A stretch of DNA of 64,000 nt, from contig NC_087436.1 of NCBI RefSeq assembly GCF_036321535.1, positions 64,110,001 through 64,174,000 of the forward strand, given 5' to 3'. The translations under genes were made by a program, and so were the position numbers. Positions 36,441 through 49,400 of this stretch are shown piece after piece; positions within the stretch are counted from its first letter, which is position 1, and every line of letters begins with the position of its first letter. The DNA is from Camelus dromedarius. Lineage: Eukaryota. A model generated the notes under the pieces. That model worked only from the letters and a program-made list of their open reading frames with translations. It had not been told where the DNA came from and ran no database searches.

Positions 36441-37774
36441 GAGGAATTACTGTCTTACTCGTTGTTTGGTGTCAGGAGAGAGCTATTCAGGCTGTCTGAG
36501 CACATCAGGAGACAGGTGCACCTCAGAGCACCTCAGGATATTCAGTGCCTTTGGGTCTCCTTTAACGCCTGAATCAAGAAATAAATTGGGTTCACTTTGA
36601 GGCACATTTTGTTGTCTTAACTTGTCTTTGGCATCTGCTGGCTGACTTTACAACTGTGTATATGGTGGGAAATGGTTGTTCCACTCCTACATATGCTCAT
36701 GATTTAAGACTGATGAAAGTTTTCATTTTTTATTTCCAAATTCTGTGGAGAGAAACAGTATTTGGTCAGCATGAGTCAAGTGGCTTCTGCTTTTCTGATT
36801 AGTTAGGTTAAAGCGGAGGGGTAATGCAGACTGTGCACTTAGCAGGGACAGTGGAGACAGTATATGTACCACTTTGCTAAAGAGAGGGTGTGATGGTGGA
36901 GAGAAGACTTTCCATGTACTTTGGTACTCGTCTAATTATAACCCTAGGATAAAAACCTCAAAGTAAAATTTCAAGAAAAAAGGTACATATTGTAGAGTTT
37001 AACATATCCAGCCAACATGATTATCAGAAAACTTGTTCTGGTAGACTTTCCTTCCAATAGTATCTAAAATGCTTCCCTTCCTTGATGCTTGGCAATGACA
37101 CTGAATTCTCAATCTTTTAACTTTGAACTTTATGATAGCCAAAAAATTACGACCAATTATGTTTCAATAAATTGTATTTAGAAATGAAGTTAAAACTATT
37201 TTACATATTTTCCCAGTGTTTTTTCCTTCTCTTTACATTTTTATAGATGAGTTTTTTCTATGATCACCTTTTGCTAAGTTTATAAGAGCTTTTTCTTAAC
37301 ACTTGGGTTATTAAAACTTTGTCTATCATTGATTAGAAATTATTTTTCCATTTAGACTTTCAACCTTGTTTATGATGGTCCTGCTATATGGACATTTAAA
37401 TTTTTATTTAGACAATTAAGCATTATGGAATTGGGGGTTAGAGAAACATACATACTAAATAAAACTAATTTCACCTATAAATAATAGTTTCTAACATTTC
37501 TAGATATAAATTGCTAGTATGGATTTTTAAATGTATGTAATTACTTGCAGAGTTTAGTCATTTTTCTAACTCAAATGCATACATTGCAATTTCAGACGAG
37601 TCTTTTCTTTCTTGACTTGGGAAAATAGGAGCATAAAATTTGAAGCTCCCTCATGCTATTGTTGCTTACAAAGGTGGGCACATTCACTGTTCCTTAGGAG
37701 TGAATAAGTCTCTTAGATGTTGTGGATGTTGTTTCAGCTGCTGTAAAGTAAGGCATTTCAAGTGTAATTTCTAC

Positions 37775-37992
37775 AAATGTGTATTGAGCATCTATAATTT
37801 ATCAGGCTATTTACATGTGCTCTTTATTTATTCATCGTTTCAACCCTGTAAGACAGTATTATTGCCTGCTTTTATGTGTGGAGAATCTGAGGTTTAGAGA
37901 AATGAACTGAACTTTCTTATCACTATGTAGTTAGTATATGATAGAACTGAAATGTGAATTTAGTTCTTTCTGAATTTAAAACCTGTCCTTTC
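37775..37992 (-). mobile_element. MIR SINE
   Basis: caaccctgtaagacagtattattgcctgcttttatgtgtggagaatctgaggtttagaga. Confidence 0.75.
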
Positions 37993-38047
37993 TCTGATTA
38001 TATCATATATTTATATTAAACTAATATAGACCCTGTGCTTTAGAAAC

Positions 38048-38311
38048 TTGGTTTCTAACTTCTAACTGGGAAAAGGATATTTTAATGAGTATTTGTCATC
38101 CAGGCCAATAATTCTTCTCTAGAATGGTACCACACCTGCAGCATTTGAAAACATGCAAGAACATTTTCCTTTGTCACATTGACTGGGAGTTGCCATTGGC
38201 ATTTAGTGACTGACACACAGGGATGTTGAACATTTTGCAATGCCTGCTTCAGGCTCCTAGAACAACGAATTTTCCCCCATATTTGCCCTTGGTACCCCAT
38301 TGAGAAACACC
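38048..38311. mobile_element. MER20-like hAT-Charlie DNA transposon
   Basis: tggcatttagtg...cagggatgttgaacattttgcaatgc...aacgaattttccc...ttgagaaacac. Confidence 0.7.
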
Positions 38312-38559
38312 GTTTTTTCCTGTGATATCCATGAGGGCAAGTGACATTTCTTCTTCTTATATTATTACTGCCTACTAGAAGGTATAATGCCTTTTAGCTT
38401 AAATCTCTTATTATGTGTACTGAAAACTTCCTAGAGTCATAGCCACAAATGGGAACAACCATATTAATAGGACAATAGTTATTGCCACCTTTTAGCATCC
38501 AACCGGGGTTTCAATATTGAGCACATTTGTTTACTAAGACAATATCCAAAGCCTTCATT

Positions 38560-38985
38560 GTGTTATAGACTGTGTATCACAATTGCTCCTATCATCTGAC
38601 TTGTTCTCTGTCAGACTGTTTCACTGGTTACTTCCCTCCTCACACTTCTATTCATAATAAACAACCACAGGAGTCCTGCTCTCCGCTCTTCCGTGTTACT
38701 CTCTCTTGGGTCTTGTTCTTTCCTCTACTAGGAGTGCCATTCTCATGTTTCTTGACCTCAGCAGCTCAAACTCACTCTTCATTATTCAGTTCAGGTATAT
38801 TCTCCTCCTGGGGGTCTTCCCTGAAGCCCGAGGTATAGGGGTAAGTGTTCCTCTTCTGAAATTCTAGAAAACCCTGTTCATATCGCTATTAAGGAGTTTA
38901 CCTCAGTCTTGTATTTTAGTTTTCTGTTCTTGTTTTGCCTCTAGCTTGTAAGGTCCCTAAAGGTAAGGGACTATGTTTACTTCAG
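38560..38985 (+). mobile_element. L2 3' fragment (degenerate)
   Basis: Pyrimidine-rich L2-like tract ending ctagcttgtaaggtccctaaaggtaagggactatgttt. Confidence 0.55.
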
Positions 38986-41900
38986 TAGATAAACAATTAT
39001 AGAGTACTCCCTCTGTAAGTGAAGGTTAATTATTGTTTGATCTATTTTTAATGAAAATACCACCAAGGTAAGAACCTTGAGAGCAGTTTTAGAACAAACT
39101 GCCCTTCCACCAGTTTAAACTATACAAACATTGGATTATGTCTTGGCATTCTTTTCTCTGGAATGAATCTTGTAAAAATCTTAGTATATGTCCTCTTCAC
39201 AGAAGAGATATTTATATAGGCTTTAAATCCATCATGGATTTCTAAATCTATCCTCCAGTTTGGCAGTAGACACATTTTTTTGGCTTAATTAGGCTAAATT
39301 TTTGTTAAAATTTACTCTCTGTAAAGACTTCATTCCAAAAAAATTTAAATCATTTACTTTAAATAAGCATTTGTTCAAAGTAGAAGATAATCACATGTAC
39401 TTTGCAAGTGAAGTAGGAAGAGGAAGTAACACCTATGAATAGGAGAGAACACTTGGAAATCTATTATTTCTGTTTTGCACTAACATCACAAATTGACTTA
39501 AAAGCAGACTATATCTTGATTACATCCTAAAAAGGAAATCTTTAGTGAGCCTGTGCCACTATTAAGAATGCAAATATTTGATATTCAAACTTACAAGAAA
39601 TCACTAATAAATGGAATTCTTGAGTAATTAAGTATCCTGATTTAAAGGAGCTTCAAATTTATAGTTTGAGCCAGTTACTTCAATTTTTCAGTTGTATTAA
39701 AATATTTCTAAAATGCTTTAGCACTTTAATTTTTAAGTAGGGCATTATAAAAATGATATATCCTCTTTGATAGAGATTCTTACAGAACCTGAGGACCTTT
39801 TTTATTTTTGAAATATGAAGCTTTTAATTGTAATTACAGGTTCTGGGTGAAATTAGTGACTTATCTCTTGAGTCCAGGACCTACACTAGGTGATAGTGTT
39901 TTAAGAATAATAATTTATAATATGCTTTGTTGTGATTTATTTTTCTCTTAAAAACTACATACAATAAGAAAGAGTTTAACATAGTTGGGGTTTTATTGAT
40001 AATTATGGTTTTAATAAGTCTTAAATATAAGCTCTTTTGCTGATCGATGCTAATGACCAAAGTGAACAATAGAAACATTGTTTCAGATAAGTAAATGGTT
40101 AGGGTTTGAGAGAAAAAAAATAAAAATATCACTAAAATTAATCAGGTGCTCTTTCCTATTATGTTATATATCTGAAGTTGCTTTTAACTTATAAACATGC
40201 ACACTTACATGTGAAGAAAGTTAAGCTGTTCCATAATTCTGTTAAAAGTAGTGTGTTATTTCATTCTACTTTTCATGTAATTCAATTGGAAAAAAGTGTA
40301 TAAAGTAAGCTTCAATGAAAATAAAGCTGTCATCTCAAGCTCTGTGGATTTTGTCTTGAAAAACATGCTATTAACCTGTTAGATCAAGGTTAAAGAATTT
40401 ATTGTCTTTGAAGACTCTGACAATTGGGTTGCTGGCATGGTGAAAGAATCTGTATTCCATTAATGGGTGAACTTCTCACCCATGTAATAAATAGTGTACT
40501 TTACAAATACATAAAATGATGTGATTTATTTCCTCTCCTTCAGGAACATGAGGCAAGGTACCTATGGCTATCTTGACTTAAAAAGCTGTCTCCTTGTCAA
40601 TAAACCATAGATAAAAGTGGCTTGTTTGAGTCCAAGTTATAAGCACATGGAAATATTTAATGAAACTTTATTCTCTTTAGACTCATAGACTCTTGTAAAT
40701 CAAATGAAAAATAATACATTGTGAAATTTTAACTCTGATGTAAATAATACTAATATTGCTGGCAGAACTAATTTATTTATTATAAACTAGGTGTGTAACA
40801 TGTCTTTAGTACAAAGAGCTGTATTCACTCAGGGAACGTGATTTGAACCTGAAACTTTTGGATCCTTATAATTATGAACCAATGGGATTCTACTTTATTT
40901 TTTGTTCTGTTGTTCAGGACACAGGTAACACATCACAAAATATGTGGTATAATATCCTAAGGATATCCTAGATTAGAAGCTGTCTTAATTTTATTTCGGA
41001 ATGCCACTTAAATGCATTTCATTTTATCTGAACATATTTAATTCTTATTTAACCTTTCAACTTTATTGAACCTCCTGATTATCAAAACATCCTTCAATAT
41101 AAATTTCATTGGCAAAAACTTAAAATTTTTTTTTTCATGGTTTGCAGGTAATTGAAATTTATTTCTCTATTTCAGGATTGGAATAGATTTTCTTGAGCAC
41201 TGGGGAGAGAAGTTCCACCCTTGGACCTTTTTGTAAATTGCTCCCCTTCCTCTGGTATAATCAGGAATGAAACTCTGAGAAACATAGCTGTGTTGTGGAG
41301 AGGTATTAATTATGTGCAGCAAAATGTAAAAAGGTATATTTGGCATGAAATGAAGGTAAAAGGAAGCATTTTAAACTTTAGATACGTAATGTTTTCAAAG
41401 AAAAAACCAGAGTGGTCACTATTAAGAGCCACCAGGAAATGTTTCAGGGACAACCTTCCTTTCCTTATATAAACTGTGAGCCATTCCCAGAGGTCTCTAA
41501 CATGTGCCTTAGAAGCAAGGTTTTTCTAGTCACATTTTAGGACTCTGGGGAGACTTCTGCAGATGTCTCCACTTGTGTTTTACTATTTTAATCTCCTTTT
41601 TTTCTCCCTTTGTTAGAGACAACAAACATGAATAGAATGTTATATATTTTAACAGACTCTGAGACAAGACTGTAAAAGACATGTTTTTCAAATTCAGTTG
41701 AGTTAGATTTGTGAGACAGCTTTAGTTGGATTTTTCTATTCATCAAATTGGATTTAGAAAGAGATTTGTTACCCTAATCGGTTAAATGGGGACAAAATCT
41801 AGTCTTAAATTGTATCTATTGAATAAAATTTCCCAAATTTATATGGCAGATACAATATCTGCTTCCTCATTAAGCATAAAAGAATAACTTGTATAATCCA

Positions 41901-43094
41901 CATGGATTAAATTCATAACTCTCTCTTTTAAAACTCTCTCTTTACATTTATAAACTAATTATTCCTGTGAAGAAAAGAATAATTTCTGATTTTCCTTGGA
42001 AAAGATTGCTTAAAATAATAAAACTGGTTTATTAAAAACTAATAAAATGTTCAGTTAATAACCAATTATCTATGTTTTGTTTGAAGAGGAGACATTTAAA
42101 CAAATTTCATCTCTTAGTGGAGAATTTGCATCTGGGATTATGAGGACGGACTGGTCTCACATTTAGGGGGGATACTTAGAAAAGCAGTGCTAGTGCATAG
42201 ATTCCTTTCATTCTGTTTTACTCTTAAAGTTATTCAGCTTTTAAAGAAATATCATTACTGTTTAAGATTATCCCTGTAATGAGAAATCACAGCGTGCATC
42301 TTGAAAAATGGTTCCTCTTCATCTTTTCTCATTCATCTCCTAGTGCAATAATAAATGCATGAGTGCAGTGTATGACTATTCAGGTCAAGTTCTCTTTCAG
42401 GGCTGATGTTCCTGTTATACAGTTTATCCATCTATTAACATGCTGAAATGTCAAAAGCTTCATTTTTGAAGAGTAGAATGGCAGCTTCTCTTTTACTTAT
42501 AGCAATTTACCCAGCAAAAAAAGCAAGAGATTTGACAGTTGCAGGCATCAGGGCAAAGACTGGCTGATGATTTGAGGAAATAGGAGTAAATGTTCAGGTG
42601 TGTGTCAGGGTGCTCACAGTTTATGTGTTTCTAGGACAGTGCAGGAGGTAAAAGGGAAGCACTGATCAGAAAGATCCATGCATGTGGACATAAAAAGTTG
42701 CATCTGATTCCTACATTTCAGGGTTTGAGAAATACTTCTTCATTCCTATAAACTCTAAATATCAAACTCTTAAGTGACTTTTGTATTGCAACTCAGGGTG
42801 TCATTGTGATAGCATGAAAGTAAAGAAGTTATCAGTTAACTATTGTTTACATCTGAATATTTGAAACTATCATGAAATGCTTTTCATTGATTAGAATTTT
42901 ATTTTATTGTGTGTATATTGATAAGGAAGAAACCAAGAATAGCATATGTACCTGGAAAAGAAGTTGAATAGAGAACAAAGATTCTATATATTAATATAGA
43001 ATATATACAATATCTTCTATAAGTTCTTATATTGTAATATATGAAATTTGTAATGTACACCATTGCAATTGCTTTAAAATACTGTAAATATGAA

Positions 43095-43175
43095 TGGTAG
43101 CTCAATTGCAGTGATCATTTCACAGTGTATGCATATATTAAATCATCACATTGTGCACCTTAAAAATTAAAAAGA
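43095..43175 (+). mobile_element. L1 (L1MA/MB-like) extreme 3' end
   Basis: gtgatcatttcacagtgtatgcatatattaaatcatcacattgtgcaccttaaa. Confidence 0.7.
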
Positions 43176-43289
43176 GAATACAGTGAACAGTATTTGGATC
43201 AATGAAAGACTACCCAAGCACACAGTGTTCAAGTTGGCAATCAAATCCAAACAGTAAGCTTCTCAAATCTCTGAAAAGCCTCCTTTTAT

Positions 43290-43902
43290 GAGAGAATGGA
43301 TTGGGGTGGCTGTTTTTCTGGTCCGTTTCAAAAATGAGTCGGACCTGAGGTATGAGGTAGTTGTTACCCACATTCCAGGTGGATTGAAAATAACCTTCCT
43401 ACACACCCATTTGTGTGGCTCGCGTAAGTCGACTCAGTCCTGTAAAGTCTTTAAGGCCGAGTCTCTGCTCCTTTCTTTTATTTTCATTCTCGGGATAGGA
43501 CTGTGCTGTCTTAAAGAGGTCTATCTGTTTAGAGTTTTCGGCCTTAAAAAGCGAGTAGAGGGCATAGAGGGTAGCAGGTTATTTGGGTGGCTTTCTTGCC
43601 TCGCTGTGTAGTATGTGGGGAGGTGTGAGGGTGGAAATCCGGCTCATTATGCCTTTCAGTGTATTCGTTTGTTGGTCCCCTGTCACCCTGCCAGCCCTCT
43701 CTGTGGGATAACTGCCCTTTGTATCATAATCTGCTAACATCCATGGTGGTTGCATTCACTGTACCCATTCTTCTGTGGAACTTCATTACAACTGGGGTTT
43801 GAATGCAAAGCTTCATGATATCTGGGTCTGTAGACAGTGTGCTGAGCCACAAAGGCATCCTTTGTATTTCTTGGTCTTCTTATAATCCCTTAAAAACAAA
43901 AC

Positions 43903-43933
<31 letters not shown>

Positions 43934-44376
43934 CAAACTAGCTTTGAAGAGGAGATTTTCTGCAAATAGACAGGAAAATATATGCACTTACCAAGCTGTT
44001 CCATATGTTCATAATACAATGTTTAGGAAGTGGGGTAAGTTTCTAATTTTTAAAAACTGATGTGTCTCTGGCTCAAGTAGGCTACATTTTGAGGCTCGTT
44101 TTCTCCCTGTGGAGGTGTGGGTGAATTGGCCTTTGTTTTCTTGCTGTTACCTTGCCGGGCAGGTGGCTGCATTGATTATTCTTGGCATGTGCTTTAGAAG
44201 CGCCTCTCTGATCCGTGTAAGCTCTGGCTTTTGTCCACAGGAGTCCCGGAGAATTCTTAACCCTGAACTCCCTTCTCAGAGGAAGATGTGCCTCTGACCT
44301 CTTTATGGTTACCTCCTCCGAGTCTTGTTTATTATGTCTTGTCTCTGGGCGTGTGAAGTGGTTTTGAGAATAAGGA
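43290..44376 (+). promoter_or_regulatory. Candidate alternative promoter / 5' region (locally GC- and CpG-enriched, no recognisable transposon)
   Basis: Clustered CpGs (e.g. ggctcgcgtaagtcgactcag) in an otherwise CpG-depleted window, directly upstream of the exon-like segment ending at 44580. Confidence 0.4.
43893..43932. repeat. (AAAAC)n microsatellite
   Basis: Direct pentanucleotide run. Confidence 0.95.
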
Positions 44377-44580
44377 ATGACAGAATCTTCTATCCGCAGA
44401 CAAGTGACAATTACAAATGAAACCAGGAAGGCTTGTTTTCCTTCCCTTCACACCCCTACCCATTACTGTAGGGACAGAATTCGAGCCCTGAGTTACGAGG
44501 AGGAGCAGCATAGCTGGGATGCTACAGCAACTCAGAGAAATGCTGCCCTCCTGGCCCTCCCGGGGGCTGGCGCGGACTTG
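44377..44580 (+). CDS. Candidate alternative first coding exon (68 aa MTESSIRRQ...GAGADL, phase 0; or from ATG 44519, MLQQLREMLPSWPSRGLART, phase 2)
   Basis: GC-rich open frame ending exactly at the TTG|GTGAGG donor (44580|44581); possible acceptor ttttgtccacag| at 44240. Confidence 0.4.
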
Positions 44581-45174
44581 GTGAGGGTCGAGGTACTCTC
44601 CTCCTTCCTTCCTTTTGTCTGTCTTGTTTCTGTTGAAATGCTTGATTTGGGTGGAAATGATATATTTACTCTTCTTATGAAAAACCATTGTAAACTGATA
44701 TTTAAATGATCACATAAAACTGTTGAGCACTTGCCCAGCAGTCTGCTTCATGTGTATTTTCTCATTTACCTGGTGAACTTATTTTATATGTGACCATGGA
44801 AGTCAGAGCTTCCTTTGGAGAGCCTTTGGTTTTTTAAGAATTGTAAGTCTGTTCATATTACTGTACCTTAGTTGTTTGAGCAGAGCACTGACTTGCATAA
44901 ATTCATATATATGTAACACACATATGTATGTATATAATATATACGTACACACACGTACACATACTAACGATAGCAATGTATGCTAATGTCCTAGTAAGTA
45001 CAGATGGATGCAAGGCAGGTCCTAGGCCTTTTAGCTACTGTAGTTAAAAGAAAAGTCCTTGTTATATGGTGGTCTCTCTAATGTTGACTTTTAATACATC
45101 TTTCGAGTAGTACCTTAAGGACTTTCATGACAACATAAAATGGAGGAAACTTATCTTCCTGTTTTTCATGTTTG

Positions 45175-45353
45175 TAGGAGGTTCTCAAAATTTTATGTGC
45201 ATCTGATTCACTGGTGTTATGGTGTGTTTGACAGAGATTGAGAAGAGATTGATTTGATTTTGCAGGTATTTTGGTGGCACAGAGATACACGTATTAAAGA
45301 AACATTTTGATTTTCATACAAGAGGCTCAGAAACCATAGTTTGAGGACCACTG
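45175..45353. mobile_element. MER5-like hAT-Charlie DNA transposon
   Basis: Termini ggttctcaaa...tttgaggaccactg and internal gtgcatctgattcactgg. Confidence 0.6.
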
Positions 45354-46189
45354 AGAAAAGTCATCTGGTGTGACCTCTAATATTTTAAAGGTATCATTCT
45401 TTGTTAGGCTCTGCATATCACCTGAGCTATTTTAGCTATGCATTTCTAAATTTGATCACCAGGAGAACAATTAATTTTATACAGAGTCATTTTTTTGTAT
45501 ATATGTATTGCAATGCTTTATAGATAACATATATTATTTTTCACTTGTAATTCAAAATACTTGAATAACAATTAAGTGAAAGTCAGTGTATAAATCATAA
45601 TGAATATTTTATATGAACATGCATTATTGTAATCGTCTGACAAATTTTAGGTAAACTAAAAGAATATAACAGTATCATGAAAATGTATTTTACATTAGGT
45701 AGAGCTTATCAAGTAACTGTTTCCCTGTGTCTAACTTGACATGATAAATTCCACTTTGTGCATATATATTAATTCCTAATCCATGCCACCTCTTTCATTA
45801 ATGAGTACTGATGGTAGTATTGGAAAGATTTTACTCTTATAGTCCACCAATATAGTATCTAAGTGCTTTCTTATCAGACTGACTCTAGCAATGATTGATC
45901 CAAGTTCACTCTTTTCTAGTCTTTGCTCAAGATACTTCTCAGTACTTCCTATTATACAGTTAGAAAAATAATTCTAATTCATGGGTTTATTTTGAAACTT
46001 GATGAAAACCTACATGCATAGCCCTTAGCACAATGCTTCACACACTAAACCTTCCATAATTGTTTAGTTAGTGGTCAAGAGTGTCAAGGAAACACAAAAT
46101 CTCCAGATTTGTTGATTTTGGGTATCAGTACTTTTATTTAGATGTTTGTTAAACTGAACAATTCAGTAAGATTGGTTTATTTTACATTA

Positions 46190-46320
46190 AAAGAGGTCGT
46201 AGAGATTTTTAAGCAAACACCCGTGCCACCGTCTTTCATTTCATAAGCTGAGGAAATTCATACCGAATAATGAATGAGCTGGCATTGGAATAGGTTTACT
46301 TGCTCCAGCTATGGAATACA
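46190..46320 (-). mobile_element. MIR/MIR3 fragment
   Basis: tcatttcataagctgaggaaattca...gagctggcattggaataggtt. Confidence 0.45.
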
Positions 46321-47124
46321 TCTCTTCTAGCCTCACTCTATTTTTGAATATTAAATTATGGTGCCTTAACTTACAGAGGTTGAGTTATTATCATTGAATA
46401 GCAACCATTTGATAATCATTTACACTGTGTAAGATATTTCATATGTATTTGAAATATTAGCAGGAATATGAAACATTTTTATGCTAAATTTTTACTGGGT
46501 TTTTTTGAGTTGGATCTTGTAAAAACATATAGCTCCACAGATAGTTAAACACCCAGTAACTAAAATAGTCTTGCACTTTGTATATTAATATACATTGGCA
46601 GAGCTGGTTCTGTAGTTTGGCAGTGGTTCTGCATGATGACGGTGCCCAGGGGGGCAATCTTAGATCTCTTGGTCCTTGGGTTTGTGAAGCTCAGGTGTTT
46701 TGGAGCCAGTCTGCTGCCAGCTGGCTTATTCTCAGAGGAGGTGCTCTGGCAGTAACTCTCCAGGCAGATAGATACAAGCAGTCGGGTTGGTCAAAATAAT
46801 TAAAAGGCAATGCTATTGGAATCCTTGTTCAGGATAATTCCTTTTCAGCTGGCGCCGGCTGCCATGTGAAGAGGAGCACGGATTGGGGTTGGGCGGCTAA
46901 CTGCTTGTTCTGCACTTTCTAATGTAACTCCATCGGAGGATGCAGTGCTTTCATGTGGTAGCTGTGATGTGGTGATTAGGCTTGTACTTTAGACAGGACA
47001 TGCATCAGAGCCATCATCCCTCAGATTCAAACTAAATTGGACATTTTGCTCTAGGGAATAATTCTGTTCTACTCACATCTGACTGCTTGCTGCTTACCAG
47101 AGGGTAGCCTGACTGGGCCGATTA

Positions 47125-47382
47125 ATCCTCATTTGAAAGTCTAGTCTAGAATATTACCTTCTCAGTAAATCCTTTCTCACCTTCCTCTTTTCTGCCATAT
47201 CTTCCTTGTTCTTCTGTATTATAGCAATTAGTGATTTCTGTTCTTTTTTTGCCCTCACTTTTGGAGGGCAGGGAGAGTGAGTTGGGCATTTTCATACACT
47301 TTATGTACAGCTTTAATGTTTCAAGGTCCTAATATAATGTCAGGCACATACTAAGTGCTTAATAAAAGTGGAACGAATGAAC
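47125..47382 (+). mobile_element. L2 3' end
   Basis: accttctcagtaaatcctttc...ggagggcaggga...gtcaggcacatactaagtgcttaataaaagtggaacgaatgaa. Confidence 0.7.
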
Positions 47383-47494
47383 CTGTCATTTGGGTACCTC
47401 TTTGTAAGGTAGACCGTGGTAGACTGGTCCTGAGTGAACAATGTTCCTGTTGTCTGGTGTAACTAAATGTAATTTATACCAGTCCATTGCTCTT

Positions 47495-47591
47495 TTTTTT
47501 TTTTTCTTCCTTAATGGAGGCACGAGGGATTGAACCCAGGACTTCTTGCAAGCCGAGCATGCGCTCTCTCACTGAGCTATACACCCCACCC
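47495..47591 (-). mobile_element. Vic-1-type tRNA-derived SINE (camelid) with 17-bp TSD
   Basis: Minus strand ggggtgtatagctcagtgagagagcgcatgctcggcttgcaagaagtcctgggttcaatccc...ccattaagg plus poly(A); TSD accagtccattgctctt at 47478-47494 and 47592-47608. Confidence 0.93.
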
Positions 47592-48189
47592 ACCAGTCCA
47601 TTGCTCTTAAGGTATTTATCTTGCTCTGGAATACTACCTCTCATCTGGAGAGTTCTGCTCAACTTTCTCCTTTAAAAACACTTTTGCAAAGCTGTTTTTC
47701 ACTAGTGAATAACAGCAACTGTAATAATAAATAATACATTAAGAGCCAAAGGACTTTCTTCAGGTTTGTTTGTTGGTGTTTATAGTTTTCTTTTTCTCTC
47801 CCCTTTGAGATGTCTGTGTGTGAGAGGTGGGACGGGACACGCAGTGGTGGCAGCTGTATTAGTTTGAGGAACTAAGATGACTTTGAAGTGAAAGATTTAG
47901 TAATGATTTTTAAAAGAGTTTGCTTTAAATGCACCCTCTGGATGCAACTGTGGCAAAATAACATTGAGGTTTTTTTAAATGTATGTATGTTTTGTATTCT
48001 TATGTTTGGTATAATGAGTATTGTGTGGTATTTTTTGTTATTGTTGTTCTAGTTTTTATTGCAAAACCATTCTGTTAAATGTATAATCTATTGAAAACAA
48101 CATAATTTTGAGGAATAGCTGCACTGCATATTTTCAAAACTGTTAATCTAGGGAGATGTTTGTTAATATGGGGATATTAGTTACTATTT

Positions 48190-49400
48190 TCCTTTGGGTA
48201 AATTTTATTTTAACATATTACAAAATAACTTATGAATAAAGTAATTTACGAATTCTTATTAAAAAAGTCAAAGACTACAGAGGTGTATCAAATTGAGTAA
48301 AAATTCCACCTCCTCCTATACGTATATACAGTCATATGTAGAATAGTGTATTTATGTATGTAATATATGTCTATACATATATAGTGTATGTACATCTAAA
48401 GCACATAAAATATCATTAAAAATAGAAATGTGACTTACGCAGAACTTTCTCAGATGTTTTTGTCACTTCAAAGCTCATCTTAGAAATCTTTTCCTATTAG
48501 TGTATGTATAATCTTTTTTTCTCCCATTTTTATCAGTTCTGTGGTGATTCATTATATACAAGTTCCACAATTCAGTCTCCTTTTCTTGGCCTTTCTCATT
48601 GTTTTCAGTTTTTTCCTACTTTGATTATTGCTGCAGTCACCGTGGGCATACTTACGGGTGCCTTGGTACAAGTGTTTGGGGAGATTATATTTATAGAACT
48701 GGAGTTATAGGGGAAATTATGAAATACGTAATACATGTTTTGCTAAATAATGCCAAAATACTCTCTAAAATGCAGGAGTACTTTCTTATCCACAGTTATT
48801 TTAAAACCAGGATTTTGGTATTTTAGAGAAAGTACGTTTTTTTCCTGATTATACAATAATGTATATTCATTGTAGAAAATTTAGAATTGTAGAAATGCTA
48901 AAGAATAAAAAGAAAAGCTTTATAATCCTACCATTTAGAAGCAGACACTGTTGCTCTTTTGATACATTTACTTCCAGTCCATATTTTCCTATGCATAATT
49001 TTTACTGTGTTGATACTCAGATTTTCTTATTTAGCATTATAGCATAGGCATGTATACCTGCATTGTTAGAAACACTGAAACACCCAAATACTTATTACCT
49101 CATTGTTTATTATATAGCACTAGCATTACTAAACTTTATGCCTCTGTTTTATTTTGACATTTAATGTCTCTATTTTAGCAGTCATAAATAACAAGAAGTA
49201 TTTTTCATGTAAAGCTTTCTCTGTATTTCATATTAGTCTCAGCGCATATTAAAAGTTATATAAATATTAGGTTAAATATTAGTAATGTTATAATGCATTT
49301 TGTTGCTCTTTGCCGAATTATTTCCCCACAAAGATTGTGCCAATTACAGTCCCTTCTGTAGGATTTAAGTATGCATATTTCAGCATTCCCGTGCTGCTGC
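48190..49400 (-). mobile_element. Old L1ME-like fragments
   Basis: ttgttttcagttttttcctactttgattattgctgcag, tagaactggagttatagg, aataatgccaaaatactctctaaaa, aatgtatattcattgtagaaaattt are antisense L1ME-like motifs. Confidence 0.55.

Noticed and set aside
40544..40557. 14-nt microexon (ccttcag|GAACATGAGGCAAG|gtacct)
   Set aside because: Donor is weak and the length is not frame-preserving; such pairs are expected by chance
15484..44580. Assigning a host gene symbol
   Set aside because: None of the candidate peptides matches an N-terminus I reliably recognise, so naming a gene would be a guess
47495..47591. tRNA gene (also 17222-17320)
   Set aside because: A/B boxes are present, but the poly(A) tail and TSDs show these are tRNA-derived SINEs
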